From positions 64,001 to 128,000 of the forward strand of contig CAWJIE010000005.1 in the NCBI GenBank assembly GCA_963842885.1: a stretch of 64,000 nt of DNA, given 5' to 3'. Numbering within the stretch: position 1 is the stretch's first letter; the number at the start of each line of letters is the position of its first letter. Positions 59,604 through 64,000 of this stretch are shown in pieces. The position numbers and the translations under genes were made by a program. The DNA is from an uncultured Nitrososphaerota archaeon. GTDB lineage: Archaea > Thermoproteota > Nitrososphaeria > Conexivisphaerales > DTJL01. The notes under the pieces are model-generated. The model had not been told where the DNA came from. It ran no database searches and worked only from the letters and a program-made list of their open reading frames with translations.

Positions 59604-59670
59604 GGGCACGGGGGCCGGCTGGGAGAGGCCTCGACCATCCGCGCGAAACCTGGGCACGACCGAGTGGAAC

Positions 59671-60472
59671 CTAGGCGTAGAATGCTAAGAGAGCGAACGC
59701 CACGGCCACGACGTCGGAGATGAGGTTGACTTCGTTGTTGCCGACGGCCTTCCATCCCTTGACCCACTTCGTCGGCTGACCACAATGAACCCTCTTCTCG
59801 GTCATCATGCCGCACGAGCCGCACGTGTAGAGGACCTGGACTAGCGCTTCCAAGGAGGCTGTCGACGTTGCAGCCCACGAAACCCGCCAGAGCGGCGATG
59901 AGGATGTAGGCGAGCGGAGAGGCCAGCACACCCAGTGCGGCAGCGAAGAGAGCCATGATGAGCGAGCCAAGGAGGGCCGCCATCTCTCCCAGTAGGGTCA
60001 CACCGCCGCTAATCCCCGGGGGCGTAACAGAGCTCGGCCGGTTGATTAGGATAGGCCTCTTGTCGCTCAGAAGGCCGATTTCGGTGGCGAGCGTGTCGGC
60101 CGCAGCGGAGGCTATGGCAGCGACAAAGAGGACCGTGAAGACGGGACTGGGCTCGAAATGGTTGATTATGGAGATGGAGGCAGCGACGGCCCCGTTGGCG
60201 ACGACGTTACGGATGCCCCGGGCTCCCCTCTTCTCTTCGGCTGCATGGATGGAGAGCTTGAACTGATAGCGGTACCTCGTCGCGCCCGAACCCAGGACCA
60301 GGAAGGCGATAAGCACTGATACCCAGGCCCAGCCGGAAGTAGCAGCGATGAGCAGGCCCAAGCTGAAGCCAGAGACGCTCCCCCAGACGTCCGTCGCGCC
60401 AAGGCGATATGCCGCGACCGATATCCCGAGAAGGGCGAGCGTCCCCAGGATGTTGACGAGTACACCCTCCAC
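59671..60472 (-). CDS. DUF92/TMEM19 family membrane protein (frameshift near 59850)
   Basis: R...NVVANG, ADTLATEIG, G.SGGVT.LG, DSLLG, then Q..Y.C..CG...E...HC and NNEVN in a second frame. Confidence 0.88.
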
Positions 60473-60497
60473 AACAGGAGAGGTCTTCTGATAATTC

Positions 60498-61206
60498 TTA
60501 AGCCTTTGTGCGGCCTAAGGAGGCGAGCTTCTCCACGATCTCCTTCACGGACCCCTTATAGGAGACCGCCAGCACTAGATGCTCCTTCTCCGCCAGCTGG
60601 ACCGCAAGGGGGTCGAGCTCGTGGAGGCCGTGTATGACCACGACCCGAGGCTTGAGCTGGGAAACGCGAATGGCCACCATGGGGCTGCGTCCCAAGCCCA
60701 CCTGTGTGAATACGACGATGCGCTCCGTGCTCTTGCCATATATCTTGTAGAATTCGACGCCAGAAAGAGAGTAAATCGTCCTGATGCTGTCCAGGACGGT
60801 GTAGCCGAAGACGAGCCTTTCGAGCTGATCCTGCCCCGCGAGAACCTGGGCGCCCAGCTCGCTGAGGACTTTCCCGACGGTCACGGGCTCGGCAGTATTC
60901 GCCGATGCCGAGGATGGCGCTGGAGTCCATCTGGGCAGGCTTGCTGGTGAGGAGGCGGTTCCCCTCCTTGTCAAGGGAGATCAGGGCGTCGACGAATCTC
61001 TTGAGGAACATCGCGCCAGGGGAATGCCTGCGGCCGTTTTCATAGTCGCTGAGGACGGAAGGCGAAACCCCCATCGCCCTTGCCAGCTGGGCCTGACTGA
61101 TCCTGCCCTTCTCCCGCCAGAGCTTCATCGACCTCCCGGGGCTGGCACTGACCGTCAACTCCCCGGCGATGCTGATGGCGAGGTCGTCGGTTGATTCTCC
61201 CAACAT
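60498..61206 (-). CDS. archaeal XRE-HTH transcriptional regulator, COG1709-like (frameshift near 60890)
   Basis: IAGE...S..PG..MK.WR, SQ..LA..MGVSPSVLSDYE.GRR.SPG; GYTVLDS, FT.V..GRSPMVAIRV. Confidence 0.85.
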
Positions 61207-61301
61207 GCCTCGAGCGGCCGGTTTTGTATATAACATTTGCCTGAAGAACGTTGGACATCTGACGATTTCGGCGGCGATGAGCTGGCAGTTGTTCCCTCGC
61301 A

Positions 61302-62786
61302 TCAGCTTCCTTGCTTCACCGTCTTCCTTTCGACCGCCTCCTGTGCCGAGAAGAAGAGCCGGGTGAAGCCCAGCGTCTGGAACCCCGCGTCGCGCACCCG
61401 GAGGACGACGGGGAGGTCGCCGACGGCCTTCCCCAGCATCAGGCAGTGGCGTGGAGGGAGGGACCTCACGATGCTCTTCACAGTCTCGGCGTCGGTCATC
61501 GAGGCCTGGGCCACCGTCTCAAGGTCGCGGTCGTTGGTGAAGTTGTAGAGGAACACGTTGTCGGCCTGCCTGTAGACGCCGGCGCCCAGGGCGTCGGGCT
61601 GGTTGGTGACGAAGACAGTGAAGACCCCGTAGTGGCGCATCCTCGTGATCAGATCCTCCCAGTAGGTCTGCCTTAGGTAGAGGTGGGCCTCCTCCGCGAA
61701 GAGGAACATGGGCGGCAGCATGCGCTGCTCTAGGGTCTCCACCACCTTGGCGAGGAGGGCCTCGACTATCATCCGCCTCGCCAGCGGGTTGACGCCGGCC
61801 ATCGATACGATGACGGCTCCTCCCCCTGCCTGGCTGGAGTAGAGGTCCTCCAACCGCACTTCGTACCTCTCGGAGTCGGTGAAGAGGCCGGAGGAAAGAA
61901 GGCTGTAGTATCTCGACAGGAGAGCGTCCCTCACTAGCTCATTGCAATGCCAATGCTGGATGACCTCCTCCATGTCCTTGAGCGTGATTCTTCCGGAGCT
62001 CTCGAGGTAGTCCCAGACACGAAGGAACTCTCTCAGGGTGGCCCCAGGGACCTCCAGCACGTTCTGGAAGATGTCCAGCATTATCCGCCTGCCGAGGTAC
62101 CTTATCGTGAACTTCAGGTTATGCCCGGGCTGGAGGACCTTGACCTTGTCCGCGTATCGGCTGGCGGAGCCGTCGCGGGAGAACGAAAGCCCGCCGTATT
62201 CGTTGTTAAGGTCGAAGACCAGGATATAGGCCCCGAAGTCCAGGAGGCCCGCGGCGAGCAGCTTCGCGATGTGAGACTTGCCCGCTTCCTTCCTGCCGGT
62301 TATTATTGTGAGCCTGCCGTCCAAGTCCTCCGCGTTGATGGAGAACTCCTCGCCGGAGAGGGTGCTTCCCAGCCGGATTGGCCTCCCGCCTCGCCGACCC
62401 ATGAGCGAATAGAGCTCGTCAAGGGGAAGCCTTGCGATGCGGCTGTTGCTCCTGCTCGGGAGCCAGCCCATGTCGGGGAGGGCCACCCCGCGGTCCACCA
62501 CGCACCGTATCTTGCATTTGAGGACCTTCGCGTCCTTGATCATGTATGAGATGCTGTTCAGCTGGAGGGGGTCGCTGTGGACAAGCTCGGATGTCGCGAA
62601 GAGCTCGTCCCTGAGCATCTCCTCTTGGATTCCCATGGAGTCGAGGTAGGTATCATCGTAGACTTGGACGATGAGAGAGCGCCCCTCCTTGTCGTCCGAA
62701 ATCTTGACGTAGTCGCCCTTCTTGAAGTCCTCCTCGGGCATGGTGAGGATGCGGATCTCGTCCCCCTGCTTCTCGAGTATCTTCAG
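61302..62786 (-). CDS. herA: HerA-like (DUF87) ATPase
   Basis: ITGRKEAGKS, VFDLNNEY, FAEEAH, RMRHYG, TNQP; frame extends to CTG at 62786, overlapping the nurA stop. Confidence 0.8.
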   Translation of the reverse strand: MKILEKQGDEIRILTMPEEDFKKGDYVKISDDKEGRSLIVQVYDDTYLDSMGIQEEMLRDELFATSELVHSDPLQLNSISYMIKDAKVLKCKIRCVVDRGVALPDMGWLPSRSNSRIARLPLDELYSLMGRRGGRPIRLGSTLSGEEFSINAEDLDGRLTIITGRKEAGKSHIAKLLAAGLLDFGAYILVFDLNNEYGGLSFSRDGSASRYADKVKVLQPGHNLKFTIRYLGRRIMLDIFQNVLEVPGATLREFLRVWDYLESSGRITLKDMEEVIQHWHCNELVRDALLSRYYSLLSSGLFTDSERYEVRLEDLYSSQAGGGAVIVSMAGVNPLARRMIVEALLAKVVETLEQRMLPPMFLFAEEAHLYLRQTYWEDLITRMRHYGVFTVFVTNQPDALGAGVYRQADNVFLYNFTNDRDLETVAQASMTDAETVKSIVRSLPPRHCLMLGKAVGDLPVVLRVRDAGFQTLGFTRLFFSAQEAVERKTVKQGS

Positions 62787-63805
62787 CTCGCCCCGCGCCT
62801 CCTAGACATGGTCAGGGGGCCGAGGACGGTCTTTCGCAGGCTGTCAGAGGGGAGGACCGTGACCTTGGCCTTCCTGGTGAGCTGGCTCTTGACCACCGCC
62901 TCCTCGAGGTCGGAGAATATCGAAAGGAAGTGCGCCGCCCTCAACGTCTCCGGGTATCCCCTCACCAGCAGGTCGCTTTCGCCGACGGTGGAGAGGACCT
63001 CGTCGGGGTCCTCCGACCTCGTCAGGTCGACGCGGAAGGGCATGCCGTCGGACGTCAGCTTCGAAAGGTAAGACTTCCCGAGGAGGTCGGCCACGAAGAG
63101 CCTGACGTGCTGCGTGATGTCGACGTAGGAGGGAGGGAGCCCGTCCTCGAACAACTGGCTCTCTATCCCCTGCAGCACCTTTAGCTTCGTGCTCTTGGCG
63201 ATGCCCGCAAGGAGGGTGAGCTCGCCGTCGCACCTGTCGACAAGGGACTTCAGGGTGCTCCCCCTGGGTTCGAACACCGAGGGTTTCAGGGAGCCGTCTA
63301 GAAGCAACAACCCTTGCTCGAGGCTGGTGGAGACTTCATGCGCAAGCACTCTCTCCATCAGGACCCGGATAAGCCTCATGGCCATCCCGGAGTCCGAAAG
63401 GATGAGTCGCCTGGGCACAGGCTTCTCCAGCAGCCCGAGCAGGGTTTGGACACTGTCGTCGCCCACGTAGATTACACTGGGGCCGACCACAACGGAGTTC
63501 TTCGCGCCGCCTATGTTGAAGGCCAGTGAGGCCTTGGCAGCGTACACAGCGCCGTCGTCCGTCTCCGCGATCTGGATGACGCTCGAGTCCAACGCGGCGA
63601 CGTCTCTCCTCCTGCCCTTCGGCTGGATGGGGTGAATCTCGACCGCGTCCCCGGCGCTCCTCCAGCCCTTGATGGGCTCCAGGTCTTCGCCCCTCCTAAC
63701 CAGAACAAGCTTCTTGCCGTCCAGCTCGGAGAAGCTGTTGGCTGAGAGCTCCCCGAACCTGCTGACGGCGGGCGAAGAGAGGATAACGTTTAATTGCTTG
63801 TTCAA
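62783..63805 (-). CDS. nurA: NurA-domain nuclease (start uncertain)
   Basis: VAALDSS, R..MER, LLLDGSL, GIAKST, GYPETL..AH.LS. Confidence 0.8.
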   Translation of the reverse strand: MNKQLNVILSSPAVSRFGELSANSFSELDGKKLVLVRRGEDLEPIKGWRSAGDAVEIHPIQPKGRRRDVAALDSSVIQIAETDDGAVYAAKASLAFNIGGAKNSVVVGPSVIYVGDDSVQTLLGLLEKPVPRRLILSDSGMAMRLIRVLMERVLAHEVSTSLEQGLLLLDGSLKPSVFEPRGSTLKSLVDRCDGELTLLAGIAKSTKLKVLQGIESQLFEDGLPPSYVDITQHVRLFVADLLGKSYLSKLTSDGMPFRVDLTRSEDPDEVLSTVGESDLLVRGYPETLRAAHFLSIFSDLEEAVVKSQLTRKAKVTVLPSDSLRKTVLGPLTMSRRRGAS

Positions 63806-63886
63806 CTTGACCAACAACAGTACAGGCTGGTAGGCTAAATAAATGTTGCGCAACTTGATTGTGTTCAACAATAAGGGGACTCGACG

Positions 63887-64000
63887 TTGAGCTCCACCGT
63901 CATACACATCAAGCTCAAGCGAGGCGGATGGGAGGTCGAGCTGGACGTCCCCGAAGACCGCGTGTCGGAGGTCATAGCGAAGGTCCTAGCCGGGCTGAGC
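63887..64000 (+). CDS. partial hypothetical protein (runs off the right edge)
   Basis: TTG SSTVIHIKLKRGGWEVELDVPEDRVSEVIAKVL..., open to the end with host-like codons. Confidence 0.55.
   Translation, partial: MSSTVIHIKLKRGGWEVELDVPEDRVSEVIAKVLAGLS

Overview
A GC-rich archaeal chromosomal window, probably TACK and plausibly a non-ammonia-oxidising Nitrososphaerota-like lineage (inferred from archaeal-type GlyRS, form III RuBisCO, NurA/HerA, a BHB-intron tRNA and TATA-type promoters). Both ends carry core metabolism. Left: gcvPA/gcvPB, MTA/SAH salvage genes mtnP-mtaD-ahcY, aconitase. Right: aminotransferase, AlaX-like editing protein, pckG, rbcL, ArcE/cDPGS-like NTPase, glyS, Nramp, herA-nurA. 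The middle (~15.2-47.8 kb) is an accessory region ending at a two-intron tRNA-Gln(CUG) gene (47818-47967, minus). Copies of that tRNA's 3' end at 38334 and 34781 indicate repeated integration, yet no integrase is visible. A family of non-coding repeats (core TTGGATATC...GMTGCTG at 19371, 25380, 28735, 34431; two ~170-nt full copies) separates cargo modules. The cargo includes a YdjY/CcdA-like/CCG Fe-S/TrsS-like radical SAM/methyltransferase operon next to arsM, an arsC-acr3-arsR set, two paralogous TolB-like plus His-motif membrane protein pairs, and an FAD/Fe-S/CrtC-like operon. Next to the tRNA is an integron-like array of three single genes, each preceded by an identical 16-bp repeat (TTCGCAGGTCCAAGCC). 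Many core genes contain single frameshifts, most likely assembly indels. All product calls come from motif recognition by eye; no database searches were run.
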